Below are positions 14,308-27,809 of a DNA stretch of 64,000 nt, one piece after another. Below the pieces are notes generated by a model. That model had not been told where the DNA came from, did not search any database, and saw only the letters and a list, made by a program, of their open reading frames with translations. Position numbers and translations under genes: made by a program. The stretch comes from Vermamoeba vermiformis (lineage: Eukaryota): the NCBI GenBank assembly GCA_045837725.1, contig JBEWZL010000247.1, forward strand, positions 1-64,000, read 5' to 3'. Numbering within the stretch: the stretch's first letter is position 1; each line of letters opens with the position of its first letter.

Positions 14308-16564
14308 ATGGCGAGTAGGACATCGACATTGCTTGCAGTCTTTGTATTGGCGATACTTCAGCCCGCAATTTCTCTTTGGATACCAACCCTTGCAGAAGAG
14401 TTTACTGCGGTCAAGCAATTAAATTCATTGCGTTGGATTCCAGCGTTCTATTGGCAGCCAGATCCGTCGCCGAACAACGAACTTCAAACGTACAGACCAG
14501 ATGCGTTCAATTTCAGTTCTTCGACTTCTCTTGGACTAAGGGCCTCGATTGGTTTCAAAAATGGTTACAATGCAGGAGTAATAAGCTCAAAAGATCGTTT
14601 TACTCAAACCCTCGGCTACTTCGAATTTCAAGCCAGATTGCCAACAGCGAAGGGCGTAATGGCGTCATTTGGCCTTTTAAGACAAGATACTACGGTCGGT
14701 AAGTGCGATATTAATATAATATTCATTTTAAATCAGTATTACTATTCAACTCATTTCGAATCACAATGGGACCTACATCCATTTTAACCGACTCTTATTT
14801 AGCGAATCAAAGCATTAGTATTCAAGTAGTATTGTCAAACCCAACGACAGTTTATTTCACGCAGCAGTGCGGTCCTTCAACATTGCAAAACAATTCTGTT
14901 TTCCAAAACATTACGGATCTACGCTTGCACAAGTTTGGCATTGAATGGGCTTTTGACGCGACCAATTTCTACATAGACGGCATTCAAATATACTCACAAA
15001 GAACTTGCGTCGCTGTCGGTCCGATGTACATCGTTTCCAACTTGGTTGTTGGCGGTCCTTTGGCCGGATCTCCTGACAACTCAACAGCTTTCCCCGTCAC
15101 TATGGACCTCGATTATATTCGAGCATATCAATACTCTTCTAAGGAAGGAGTATCTCTGGCGGGCCCTGGTGATGGCGTTCCCAACCCGAACTTAGTAGTG
15201 GTGGCTGAACCGCGAGTTACGCTCAGCTATCCGTCAATTTCCAGCAACATCGCTCATATTGGAGATACTATCACTTTCAACATTACGATAGCTGGGGGAG
15301 GCTCGTTGGTGGATACAATTACGGCTGCTCTGGATCAAGCACTGGTTGAAATCTCGCTGTTCCAGATGGCGGATGTGGTTCCACTTTCGTTGAGCCAATT
15401 CACCAATGTGACACTTCTGTCGCAAGATTCGATGGTATTCACAGCGACAGTACCGTTGCAAGAAGCTTTGCCGGGTTACTATCGCTTCGCACTTGCGATC
15501 TATGAGTCAAACCGGACCAGAATAATTGGATTTAACACAGTTGAAGTTCTTCAAGTTAGTAAGTACTGTCTGGTACTTCCATCGCAATTAGTCGCTAATG
15601 TTAATATTCAGTTGCATCCCCATCGCCGCCTGTGCCTTCCGTGGTCCCAGTGACTTTAGCACCCACATCAACAACGACGTCAAATGTAGTTCCTATTCTC
15701 GATTGCTACACTCCCATCAACACCACTCACTATCGTGCGTACTTCAGCTATGACAACAAGAACAACGCCGCAGTATTGTTGCCAATTGGTGATCGCAACA
15801 AGATCACTCCTGGATCCACAGTATGCCTCGTTATAATCTTAGTAATGCTTTGTCTAACGCGTTGTAGGATCGTGGACAACCTACGATTTACAGTACAGGA
15901 CGAAGTGCTTTGTTCCCGAACAGTGTCTTCGTGACTGACATCGATAGCAACATCGAATGGGTGCTGTCAAATTACAAGGTTGATGTTGATGTCACTGACA
16001 CTTCGAGCTTGTGTCCGAACTGTAAGTCTTTTATCATGAGCTCCATTTGAAGTACTAACTCACTGTAGCCGTGACTATTGTCATTGTGGTATCCTCTCCA
16101 TCTTCGTCGCTCAACGCCACAAATATTGAAGAGCTGAAAGAAGTCACTGCCAGTCAGTTGAATGTCACCTCTGCTGACGTCCAAATCAACGTGACTTGTA
16201 CGAGTGCAACAAGCTGCGAGATATCCGTTACTATATCAGGTATAGTTATACAATAGTTCGCTTGTGATAGTTGATGTTCTAACGGAGGTACGTGTTAACA
16301 GCTAATCCGAGTCAAATCAGTGAGCTGATACAGAAGGCCAAAAACTACGCAACAGATCCAGCAACAGTCGAGAAAAATTTGAAGCAAGTATCAACTGATT
16401 TGTCAGTCACTGAAGTACGCGGTGCCGGATCCAACACAGAAAAGCCTGGGTCTGTTGCAATTCCCGGCGAATCTTCGGAGCCTGTGTTCGATTCAAATGC
16501 CATTATAATCGTCCAATCACAGATGGTATTCGTTGTATTACTAGCATTTATTCTTTTATTCTAA
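14308..16564 (+). CDS. Secreted, membrane/GPI-anchored protein: GH16 laminarinase-like domain lacking the catalytic motif, Ig-like domain, Cys-containing beta domain
   Basis: Signal peptide; GYFEFQARLP, HKFGIEW, FYIDG, PMYIVSNLVVGG, MDLDYIRAYQ; later PILDC..YRAYFSYDN..LPIGDRNKITP..GQPT; hydrophobic C-terminus. Confidence 0.75.
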
Positions 16565-16780
16565 TTTTGTTCTGCTGACCAATAAACAATTGCAGAATGG
16601 TCATGCTGGCGCGTGTGAAGAACTGAAACAGTATTGAAATAAATCGATATCAAATTAGTGAGCTGATAATAAGCCAATGTAAGTGCATTTCGTAATTTTT
16701 GGTATCGGACTATATTTTTTATTAACGCGTACGTTTGGAAATATATATATTGTCTAATGACACTAATATGGCTACAAAAG

Positions 16781-17619
16781 TTATATCTTGCGCAATGACA
16801 CTCTTGCTAGTTGCTGTTCGAGGTACTTCATCTCGGCTACAAGATTCTTGCTAACTTTCTGTAACTTTGCGTGGTATTGCTGTTGCTTTTCCAACAATCG
16901 AATCACTTGCTTGAAATTTTGCGACAGATCTACAGCGAACAGATCTTCTTCAGAGCTGTTTTCGGAATCAGACATTTGGTCAGGATCACTTGCTTCCGTG
17001 CTGTCATCCCTGTCTCTCCTCTTTTCGGTACGTTTAGGGGCCTCAATTGGAGCAAGAACCTTTTCGGTAACAAGATTGCTAGTAATTAAGTCCATATTCT
17101 TTTGATCCAAGGGACCTTCAACAACTCGAACATTATTGAAAGTTTTGCCGTCTCTAGCTTTGTTCGTGAATACTTCGATGACATAAAGACCGTCTGCAGG
17201 CGCAGTAGGGTAGGAGCCTTCAATAAAGAACCTATTGATTTAACGAAAAGTCGGATCTTATTACAATTACAAAGAGCATTTGTCTGGCACCGGTACATAC
17301 GTATTGACTCCGTTGTTAAACTTCTTCTCCGGTGCGTTCTTTACAACGAATTTGAAAGTGGCTGGGTCCGAACTGGCGATCCACTGTATTGGCGCTCCTG
17401 TATTACAAGTCAGTCCCATTGAAGTTAACGTGCATTTATAGCTGATTTCATAAACGTGCCACGGAAAATATTTCGAAATTATTTTAGAAAAGTTTGAAGC
17501 TCATTTACAAACAGTAAGGCATTAATAACACAATACATACCTTTCTTTTCTTTCTCTAATAGAAATGCGGGTTTTCGAAAATTGAATAGCTTCGCGTAAA
17601 TGCGCGGTGAGTTTTCCAT
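16781..17619 (-). CDS. Hypothetical protein (beta-rich N-domain, acidic linker, C-terminal coiled coil); paralog of 18199-18965
   Basis: MENSPRIYAKLFNFRK.. spliced to ..DFS..FFIEG..DGLYVIEVFTNKARDGKTFNNVRVV; one apparent frameshift at ~17240. Confidence 0.55.
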
Positions 17620-18198
17620 GATGATTCGACTTCGGAAGAATTGATTCGAGAGAACGAGTTGTGGTAGTCTTATTGCTGCAATAAGGATAAATACTTGTTT
17701 GGACCAAAAGATTGAAGAAGGATGTGACGGAAATTTCATCGTCGTACTGTTTCCCAGGCAAATTCAAAGAATAGAAGGCGAGTCGCGAACCTTCCTGGAC
17801 AAAGCGGCTTCCAACCTGCGGTGAGCTGATCGATATCAAATTAGTAAGAAACCTTGCGATAAACCGAACTTTCTTCGCATTATCCTAAGCCGGGATATGT
17901 ATTTGAAGGGCCTATAAGAGCCTTATTCATCGTCAATACGAGATAGCTGTCGCAATAATTGATTTAAATCTCCGGCATTGACTTGCTTTTCAGAAAAAAC
18001 GCAAACAAAAGCTCAAAAATTCATTCGCGTCTCTTCGATTTTTGAATCTATTCCGAAGTTAGCTAATTCTTTTGATTTGTTCTTTGCTCGTCAAAGGGTA
18101 GTTTTGATAGTCAAACTTGTTGCAACAAAAAAATATAAAAGAAGTTAATCGTATTCAAGTTCAATTAATCATTCACAACTACGTCTCCGAAACCACAA

Positions 18199-18965
18199 AT
18201 GGAGCAACAACACTCCAATCCGAATTCCGTTCCGAAGAAGGTGTTTGCCCGCCTTCGTGCCTTCAAATCGAATCCCAAACGTAAGTAATTCATCAAACAT
18301 TCAATTAAGTATTTATTCTTGGATTTTCTAGATAAATTTCAAGTTATGGCCATTCCCTGCGACAGCGAAACCAAGTTCATTATTGAGAATTTTTGCCCTT
18401 ACAAGCAGACTTCCCAAGAGTACGCTAATTGCTAGGCCGTTTGTGGAAAAGAACTGACTTTTCGTTCCTAAGTCCCGAGCAATGCTTCTTCAATTGTGAC
18501 GATCTGAATGTAGTTGCCGCTGGTGAGGGTTTGTATGAGGTTGAATTTCGCCCCAACGCTAAAAATGGTAATTGTCAAGTGAAAGAGCCTCTTTGCTTTT
18601 GTTTTAAACTTACTATTATGCTAGGAGTTACATACATTAATCCTACGATTGTTCGACGAGTTGATGTCCCGCCCCAACCAGAGCCAGAGCCAGAGCCTGA
18701 AATGGAGTCCAACACCAACGTATTGACCGACTACGTCTCCGAATCCGAATCCGAATCTGAATCCGAACAAGAAGCCCCGGATCCAGCTGCTGAGCTTCCT
18801 GCCGTGGAGCCTGAAGAGGAGCCTCAGCCAACTAATCCGTACCTTACTCTGCTGAATGATATTGTTGGGGGGTTTATTGAACAAGCGCAGCACTTGGAGA
18901 AACAAGCTCAAGTCATGAAGGCTCTCCTTGCCCAGCTTCAAAAAACCTCTTTGAAAGGTGAATGA
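18199..18965 (+). CDS. Hypothetical protein (beta-rich N-domain, PE/SE acidic repeats, C-terminal coiled coil); paralog of 16781-17619
   Basis: MEQQHSNPNSVPKKVFARLRAFKS.., GTAAGT intron at ~18281, ..DFSFL..FF..EGLYEVEFRPNAKNG|VTYINPTIV. Confidence 0.55.
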
Positions 18966-19945
18966 ATTGCTGTTATTCGCAGCTGGTTCTAATGCTGCAA
19001 CAGCGTTCTGATGGCAATGCACAATACATTTGAACGACAATAAAACCTTGCCATTATCTTCATAACTGGTTTTTCCGCAGAGATCATCTTACTAATTGCT
19101 ACGAGAATGCTTGTAGCAAAACCGTCGCCACAGCAGCAACTTCCGTCCGAGCTGTAAGGCTAATTCTTCCGTCTGATAGATTGCTAACCCTTCACTGCTG
19201 TTACTCTCGTCATTGCGATCACACCCATGTTCTGAACGATACGGAGCTTAACGACCGGAAGGACGTAATCGCGAAAGGTTCTAGTATTCTGATTATTAAT
19301 GTCACTTGCACTTCAAATGGCCTTATGAGGTGCGACTTATCGGTGAAAATTACAAGTAAACCGGCGCAGTAATTTCTGAAATCGACTTCGTGCCTGCAGT
19401 ATTTTTCAGCGCTGAATGCAATATGTGATGAATCGTGGGTCGCGATTCAGTCGCTAATTAATAATGACCAATTTTAATGTTTTACCTTTTATGTATTATT
19501 TGATATAAACAACACCGTTCATTACAAATACAACATCCCCTCCTATTATTTTCATGTAATCAATTCATTGCTCTTCTGTTAATTATGTTGGGTGCTACCG
19601 CCTAAACCATGGACCGGATTTCGTTCGAACTCCCAAGTATGTGCCTAAATAAATCAAATTAATTTGATAAAAATTCAAATACTCAAATTATTAGTGCAAT
19701 TAACATTTCGAAGCTTATATTTATTTATTATTGATATAAACGAAAAATTGAGTTCTGTAAATTCAAATAGAACTGGGAATAACTAATGAATTTTTGTAGT
19801 ATGCACTATAATTGATTCATCATGGGTGGTACCTGTTCCATTGCCGCGTTAATAATTCCGGACAGGTCGAAAAAAGTATTTTTTTCATTTGCGTTGGAAT
19901 GTACAGACACACCCAGATATTAAGCGAATATTATCAGTATTAATT

Positions 19946-21781
19946 ATGGGCGATCATTTGCTCAAACTGCCTTTGGATGCGCTACGTCTAATTTGGCGTT
20001 ATCTATCCCTGCCTGACGTTATAAGGTAATTATTATCAATTAACTACGACTATAAATTTTACATGATTATTCTTCAAAGCAATATATATATTTTAATTGT
20101 GGTCCCAAAAATAAATTGGACCCGGTCCCCTTATTGCGGATCCAATTACTAAGACCGCGTTGAATCTGATTTTATTTTGTAAGGTTTGGCATCACCACTA
20201 AAAGCATGCTCGATTTAACGTGGCCTTGGTATCAAGAGCTGCTAATTATGCGCTTTCCGCGATTCCCCAGCGAAGCTATTTCTTTCGTTTTAAAACGAGA
20301 TCTGACGCACTTGCGGCATTTAGAATTGATGTACGAGCCGTCTATACAAGAAGTTCCTATTGCAGTTCAATGGATCGAGGCACTTAAGTCATCAAACTTG
20401 CCGAATCTACAAACGTTGGCCATTGATCTCGTATTTTCGAAATACAGTAATGCCAAAGAGGCTAATTATGTTAATCAATTAATATCGGCGAAGACACAAT
20501 TGCAATCCTTGCGTTGGTATTCAGCCCAGTGTGATGAAAGCTTCAACGTTGGTCAGTTCTTTGCCAATCACACGAGATTAACATCGCTTACTATTCGTAC
20601 GGATAGGGCGTGTAAGTATCATAACTAATTACTAAGAAAATCGAATCGGTTTTGACGCCCACGAACACATCCAGATCTGAACCCAAAAAAATTTTCAGAT
20701 TCGTTGAATATTATTGTCTGACTATATTTATTTATTAAGGGCGGATCCATGGGGTGCATTTATTGACGCAAGTTAAGGATTTGCATATTTCTCATAATGA
20801 CAACATGACCGACGATGATTTCATCGAGGCGATGGGCTTAACTCAACTCGTATCAACTGATATAGCACACAACAAGCATCTTACTGACAAATCATTTACG
20901 CAAATAACGAAATTGACAAATTTGGAGCAGCTTTACATGAGTCACGCCAATGGACTCAAATCCACTAGTTTGAAAGTACTTCGCGATCTGCCAAAATTAT
21001 CCGATTTGTCAGTGCTTTATCCTTGGGACGACGAAGAATATCACTCTTGGGATGTTGGTCTTGACGAGATAAAAGGAGCTCTTTCTATCATTGGTCAGCT
21101 GTCGAATCTGACCAAACTGCAGATCTGTTCAGAAGAAGAAAGGATTGATTTTGGCCAATTCACGCAATTAACAAACTTGATGTGCCTAAATCTTGAAATT
21201 TTTATGGAAGTAGCTGATTTTACAGCCTTTACAAGACTGACGCGATTGGAATTTCCTCGAGGGACAATGCACGTAGTTTATCCTCCGAACGTGAAGCATC
21301 TTACGACAGAATGTTACGACAAAAAAGATTTTAGTCATATTTGCAGCTTAGAACACTTGCAAAGTTTAGTTATGGCCATTAGCCCTACGATTGATCATGT
21401 CACGTTTGCGCAGCATATCACAAAGCTTAGCCGCCTCAGTGAGCTCACTATAGAATCAACTCCATCACCAGGTATAGATAAAATCATTATATTTATGAAT
21501 TAGGCTAATTTCACACTTAAATTTTAGAGCAGATCGAGGCACTTCAAAAACTTCCAAATCTGGCTACTTTGACTTTTGTGCATATTCCCGACAACATCAT
21601 CGATAATTTGGCAAAGCTTACGCAGGTGATAGAGTTAACTTATTTTGGACCCTACCAAAAAGAATTGAAAGCTAAAGTACCTTTCAACGTTGTTTTTCTT
21701 GACCGGTCAAGAGTTGGTGTGTACAACGAATTTGAAGATTTTGAATATGACCCAGATATTTATCACGCCGAAGAAGACTAG
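19946..21781 (+). CDS. F-box/LRR protein, 4 exons
   Basis: Exon 1 LLKLPLDALRLIWRYLSLPDVIR (F-box), then LxxLxxLxL repeats (LTNLEQLYMS, LSNLTKLQI, LEHLQSLVM). Confidence 0.85.
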
Positions 21782-22079
21782 ACAAACTCGCGGAAATTGT
21801 TAATGAAAGCTCGTTTTGCATGAAAACTTGTAGCATGTACGCTTGAACAAAGTTAAATCGTTACCTGTTAATAGCAAGTATTTCTCATTAATTTGCAACC
21901 AAAATATTCATATTCGTTATTTGGTTATTGAGTGAGTACTCTTTGATCGAAACCTTCTGATCGCAGCTGCCAAACTGGATCCAAACTTTCCAACGAAATG
22001 TCGCTTTGTGAATTGTAAAGAGTAGACCACAAGTCCCTCGCTTATTTATTTATTAATCCAAATTATTGTATATTGACCT

Positions 22080-24754
22080 ATGGGTGGCGTGGCTGATGAC
22101 GGAAGCCAATACTCGAACGGAGTAGCTGCGATCTTCGTATTTAATTTAATTGTCGGAGTCGGCGTGCTCAATTTGCCGCTTGGATTTCAAAGCGCAGGTC
22201 TGGTAAGTATTTATTAAAAACACAATTAAAAAGCGAAGATTTTCTAACGGCAGTTTTGGATCCGAATTTTAAAAAATCTTATTAATTCACCAAGGCGCTG
22301 AAATATTAATTTAATTACTTATAATCGATTATTTTAATATTTTTACGGTTTATGAAAGTCATAAATTAATTATTTTGTGATCAGGTGCTGGGAACAGTTT
22401 TTTTGGGATTCCTCGCTTTACTAGCGTAAGTTCATTAGTGCCATATTATGAAATACATTTTAATATTAATTTATACGGCAAAGTTACATCACAATTTCGT
22501 TTATGATTGAAACTCACGCTGCAGCAAACGCGATCTTGTCCGAAGATGAACAACAGGTAAATAAATGCCTAATATATTTATATTTATATTTACAATAATG
22601 AATTATGCTAATGTTTCAGTAATGCAAAGCAATAATTGAAATTTCGAATGTTGATCGGGATCTTCTGATCGCTAACACTTTTTTTAATGAATACACTAGA
22701 CCCAGCCACTATTAGGAAATGAAGAAATAGTAGTAGGACGCACTATTAATGAAGCCCCGTCGGACCGAGATCCGTTCGATATTTCAAAACGAGTCGAAAT
22801 GGGTGTTATGGCCGAAATTTTCTTAGGCCCCGTCGGCAAAATTTTCTTCTACATTGTCATGATCGTATCCTTATAATATTGTTATACTATACTAATGTCA
22901 TGGGCTAAACTCAATTAGCAAGAAATTTTTTCCTTCACTAAATATTATCGCAGATCTACTTGTTTGGAGATCTGGCAATTTACGCCGTCGCAGTTCCATC
23001 ATCTCTTGCTGCAGCCACTGGTGGTTGGTCTGTAGGTAAGTATAATAATGCATTTGCGAATAGTCTAGCGAATATTTCGGAGGAGTTTCCGAGGGACAAA
23101 CCTTGTGATTCGAAATTGCTGTCAATTTTTCTGACCGTGAAAATGCTGTTTCCTAATTTGGAATTTTTATTATAGGCTCGATTACGTTCACCGATGATAA
23201 CGTATATTACTTCTATTTGGCTTGTTTTACGATTATTGTCGTGCCGTTTGGATTTTTTAATTTCCAAAAGACGAAATATTTGCAATTCTTCACGATGGGC
23301 ACGAGAAACACCGCTTTATTTATGTAAGTACTATTCGTAATATTTCATGTTAATATGCACATTCTTATTTATTTTGCAGGATGATTATTTTGGGTTTGAT
23401 TTTCATTGGTCAAGGCAACGGCGCATTACCCGATCAATTGCCGTTAGTAAATTGGGCGTAAGTATTTATTACCGCCACATATTTTATCAATTTTATCACG
23501 CTCGGCAAATTTCTAAAAATTTCCGTGCCATTTATTGTATTTATTTTTCTACGGCTTGCAAATAGCGAACTTTAAATATTGTATTTTACTTTAATGCCTA
23601 TTGCACAATATTAAAGTATTATTATTTTTGTGCAGAGGCTTGCCTAAAATGTTCGGAGTTGCCGTGTACGCATTCATGTGCCACCACAGCTTGCCGTCAA
23701 TCGTGACACCTATCAAGGACAAATCATTCGTCGGAAAGTTGATGGGCATTGACCTCTTGTTGATCTATCTCACGTACATCTTGCTCAATTACTCCGCCAT
23801 GTTCGCTTTTGGCGCTATTGACAACCCAACCTGTGACTCGACACCAGGTAAGAAAATAGACAATATTAACTCCAATTCCATCGTAAATGCCTTTTTATTG
23901 CTTACAGAATCTTAATTAAGACAAATATTCGATTTGGAAGTTAAAAATTTTTGGTAGTTTTGAACGAATGTGAAAAAAATCAAGATCCGACCTGGAACAA
24001 CTTTTTTCGTGAAAAATCAAAACAAGCGATACTAATATTGTTTTTTTAGGTCCTGCGTGCAAAATTCAGCCACTCTACACGTGGAACTTCAATTCGTACC
24101 ACATTGTGCCCATCGCCAAGTTCTTGGGCTTGTTCCCCGTGTTCACGTTGTCCACAAATTTCCCGTTGATTATGATCACACTGCGCAACAACGTGATGAA
24201 CTTGATCAAAGTTGGCGAGCGCTCGATGAATCCTACATTGCGCGGAGTTATTTTCAGCATTCTTGTCACTGCACCTGCCATCACCATTGCATTTTTCACT
24301 CAGGACATCAAAATCTTGGTACGTAATTAAGCAAACACGTTTGACACGTGTCAGACTTTTTCCGAACTTGACACGTGACACTGAATTTCGCAACACGTGG
24401 GATCGCAAGAAAATTCCAACTTGAATTGCAAAGTTTTGGTTTCGTTTGTGACACGTGTCAAAAGGGCACTTGCATCGATAAATTTTTGCTTGTAATTGAT
24501 CTGTTCTTTTGCTAACCTCGCTGTGACAGGTGTCAGTGACGGGCTCGTACGCAGGCATGGGTATTATGTTCTTGTTCCCTTCACTGCTCGTCTTCTTCGC
24601 TCGTCGCAAGATCACTGCGCGCTTAGGATTCTACGAAAACAAACACGCGTCATTCTTCAGACACACTTTTTGGATCGTGTTGATCTGGATCTGGGTCGTT
24701 GGTGCTACTGGTCTCGTGGTGTACACTCAAATTAGCTCTGTTGTATCTGAATAA
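22080..24754 (+). CDS. TMEM104: TMEM104-like amino-acid transporter family protein, multi-exon
   Basis: YSNGVAAIFVFNLIVGVGVLNLP, FMIE..AAANA, RVEMG.MAEIF, YLFGDLAIYAVAVP, FGVAVYAFMCHHSLPSIVTPI, FPVFTLSTNFPLI.ITLRNN, TGSYAG. Confidence 0.92.
24342..24460. repeat. Intronic cluster of the palindrome TGACACGTGTCA and variants
   Basis: Perfect copies at 24342-24353 and 24449-24460, partial ACACGTG copies at ~24371 and ~24393; another perfect copy at 26352-26367. Confidence 0.7.
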
Positions 24755-24899
24755 AATGTCATTTCCTAATATTGAAGTAGCCAGATCCAAAAATCTCCCG
24801 CCTTAAATTCCGTTCTTTTTCTCAGTTCAATAGCAGAGTGAAGCACGATTAAATGAAAAATAGGTAGCCACTCATTATATTAATACGTATACCACATAA

Positions 24900-27610
24900 A
24901 TGGAAGTTAAAACCGAGGATCTTGAGCGGTTGTTCGAATCCAAATATTCAGGTAATTTAAACTTCGTGATTTGGCGACAAATAAATAATGGAAATTAGTG
25001 AGATAAATTTAGATAATTAATCAATTTATTTTGTATCAGATTTAAAGCTCCAGAATATTTATTTATTTGGATCGAGACTTTACCAATGTCATAACGAGCA
25101 ATCCGATTACGATTTTATCGTATTAGTAGAAGGAGAATATTTCTTTGGATCTAAATTAATAGAAACAGATCTTATAAATTTAAACGTAAGTCACTCTACA
25201 CCAAAATATTGATCTCAATTAATTTTAAATTTTAAAATAGATCTACCACCTCGATTATTTTAACGAGTTACTTAAAGAAAACATAGTATGGGCGATAATG
25301 CTATATTATATTCCTTCAGAGTTTATCTTCAAAGAGAGCATCAAACTCGATTTCAAAATTCGGATCCCGAGCTTAAAAAAATCATGTACGTCTCAAATAT
25401 GATTTATATCCTTAATAATTATTTATATAGCGCTTATGGATGCCTCTCATAATTACGCTAAGGCTAAACGCCTTTGGTCTATGAACGAACACAAAAAATC
25501 GAAGAAAAATATAGTTCACGGTCTTCGGCACGTATTTATTAAAATATTATTTATTAAATATTTAATTTGCAGTTAAATTATAGATACATAATCAATTAGA
25601 CCGAATATTAATCGTTCGTTGATAGATATTTATTATTAGCGAAACAACTGCTCGAACAAGAAAAAATCGTTGATTTTACCGCTGGCAATGAATTTTGGCG
25701 CGATTTAATGCAAAATGAGTGGCGAGATTGGGACGAGATTGAAAGCAAATACAAACCTATCTACGGCGATCTGATGCACGAAATCAAACACTCGTACAAT
25801 CCTGAAGATATCAACGTAAGTACTTTTAATACTCATACTTATCATAGTCATAGCTAATTAAGGAAATATTTTTGCGTTAGAGCGACGAAGAAAATAAATT
25901 ATTATCAGTAGCGTACATTAACCGACTAGGAATCGATGCCTTATGCTCCGTAAGTACTATTTTCACATAACACTTCTTAATAGCATTAGCGTTATAATAT
26001 GAAAGTACTATTAATTAATTTTGAATAGTTTTTTAAATTTTTTTTGTTGATCCGGTGAAATTTTTAGGATTTTAGTATCACGAGCACGAAGCACAAAACA
26101 GCGAGTGATTTAGTGCTCTTAAAGTACGACAAAAAGAGCTCGCCACTCGATCAACTGATAGTGCAAGAATGTAACGGACTAGTTGTAGACGTGAAACAAT
26201 TGAAAGCTATCTGTGTCCCGCCAAAGAAATTCTTTCAACACAATGGCAATTTGAAATCAACTGTCGATGAACAGTCAGGTAAATATAAGATTTATAATTT
26301 AACAAGACGTTGTTGTCCTGGTTTTATTATCATTTTCGCGTGAAAAATTAGTTTGACACGTGTCAAAGATATTTTTCACAGGAGTCGCGATCGATGTACG
26401 CTCCTTATTTAGAAACTAATATTTATACAATTACTTTACAGCGGTGGTTTATGAAAAGATCGATGGATTGACAGCGAATTTGTACTATTACAATGACACT
26501 TGGCACGTGTCAACAGATTATACTGCAGACGGATCCGAACAAATTGAAATTCCATTTGATTTCTCAAAACAAGAATATAAATTACGTTGGAATGCGTGGC
26601 GAACGACAGAATTCACTGAAGAAGAGAAAAAAATGAAAGGACTGTCATTGACCAATCAAAAAATTGACGCAACGAACGAGCACAAGAAAATTGTTTCATT
26701 TTCGGAGTTATTTTGGGAGGCATGGTCCAAAAATGGCTATAAATTGCCCGAAGACACGACAAAGTGCTACTTTTTTGTGCTCATATCGAAACACTACACG
26801 AATGTTTGCAGATATTTCGAATCGATCGATCAGCAGCACCCGCGGTTCACTGAAAACACTTTGTTACTGATTGGTTGCAGAAATTTATCGACATTTGATG
26901 AAGAAGCTCCTGAAGGTTCGTCAAAACGATAATATTTCCTTTTATGGAAACTTCACACCAATGTACTTACCAAGGCTTTAGATGTGGCGGAAAAATATGG
27001 CTGGAAAGCAATTCCATCGTACAATTATTCCGCCTCAATCGATGACCTGGCGAAAAAATCGTTGGAATTGGATCCGATCTTTCACGAAGGATTCGTTGTT
27101 TGCGACAGCAGGTACGTACACACTTTCCAAATTTGGAAATAACTACGCAATGAACAATTACTAATTTGGTACTAATGAAGGTTCAACCGAGTCAAAGTTC
27201 GATCGCCTCAATTTTCCGCACTTTTGGAGCTGGATCTGGTCAACAATGACTTGAACACTAATTACAGACTAATGATCGATCTTATTCGGTCAAACGATCA
27301 CGTGACATTTTTGGAGTATTTCACGCAGTTACAACCACTCTACGAGAACGTCAAGAAAGATTTTGACAATTTTTGCGACGAGTTCCAAAAAGTATACAAT
27401 AGTATACGATTTGATATTAACGACCCAAATTTGGATCAAAAGTTATTGGCGAGAAATTACGCAGCGACAGCGAAGAAATACAATTATTATCAGCTCTTAT
27501 TTGAACTTCGAAAGATGAATTTTAGCGTGATAAGTGTCAAAGATTATTTGCGCACGACAAGATTGAAAAAGATTATTGATTTATTGCGCGAGATCAAAGC
27601 TAAGAAATAA
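24900..27610 (+). CDS. Pol-beta-type nucleotidyltransferase fused to a T4 Rnl1-like ATP-dependent RNA ligase, multi-exon
   Basis: Exon 2 IYLFGSRLY..SDYDFIV (GS..DxD); helical region ..KKNIVHGLRH; ligase motifs LKY, QECNGLVVD, PPKKFF, YEKIDG (I), EGFVVCD (IV), RVKVRS (V). Confidence 0.8.
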
Positions 27611-27809
27611 ATTCGTTTCGATAACATTCGATCTTGTTCAGTGAACAAATTACTAAATTAGGAAATCGAATACTTAAGCGTCATTACAACGAATATCGTT
27701 TTCTGCTAGCTGAGATAGTAGTATTAATTTTGATTTAATGGAATATAACAAAAGCATCTTCGAATACACAAAATCATCGTTGTGCCTGTCCTATGCTTAG
27801 TAATTTCCT

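Noticed and set aside
18980-19440. Possible small gene after 18965
   Set aside because: Some splice-like signals but no coherent reading frame could be built.
20098-20145. GATCC/GGATCC words frequent in long introns and intergenic regions
   Set aside because: The motif is too short to judge enrichment without counting.
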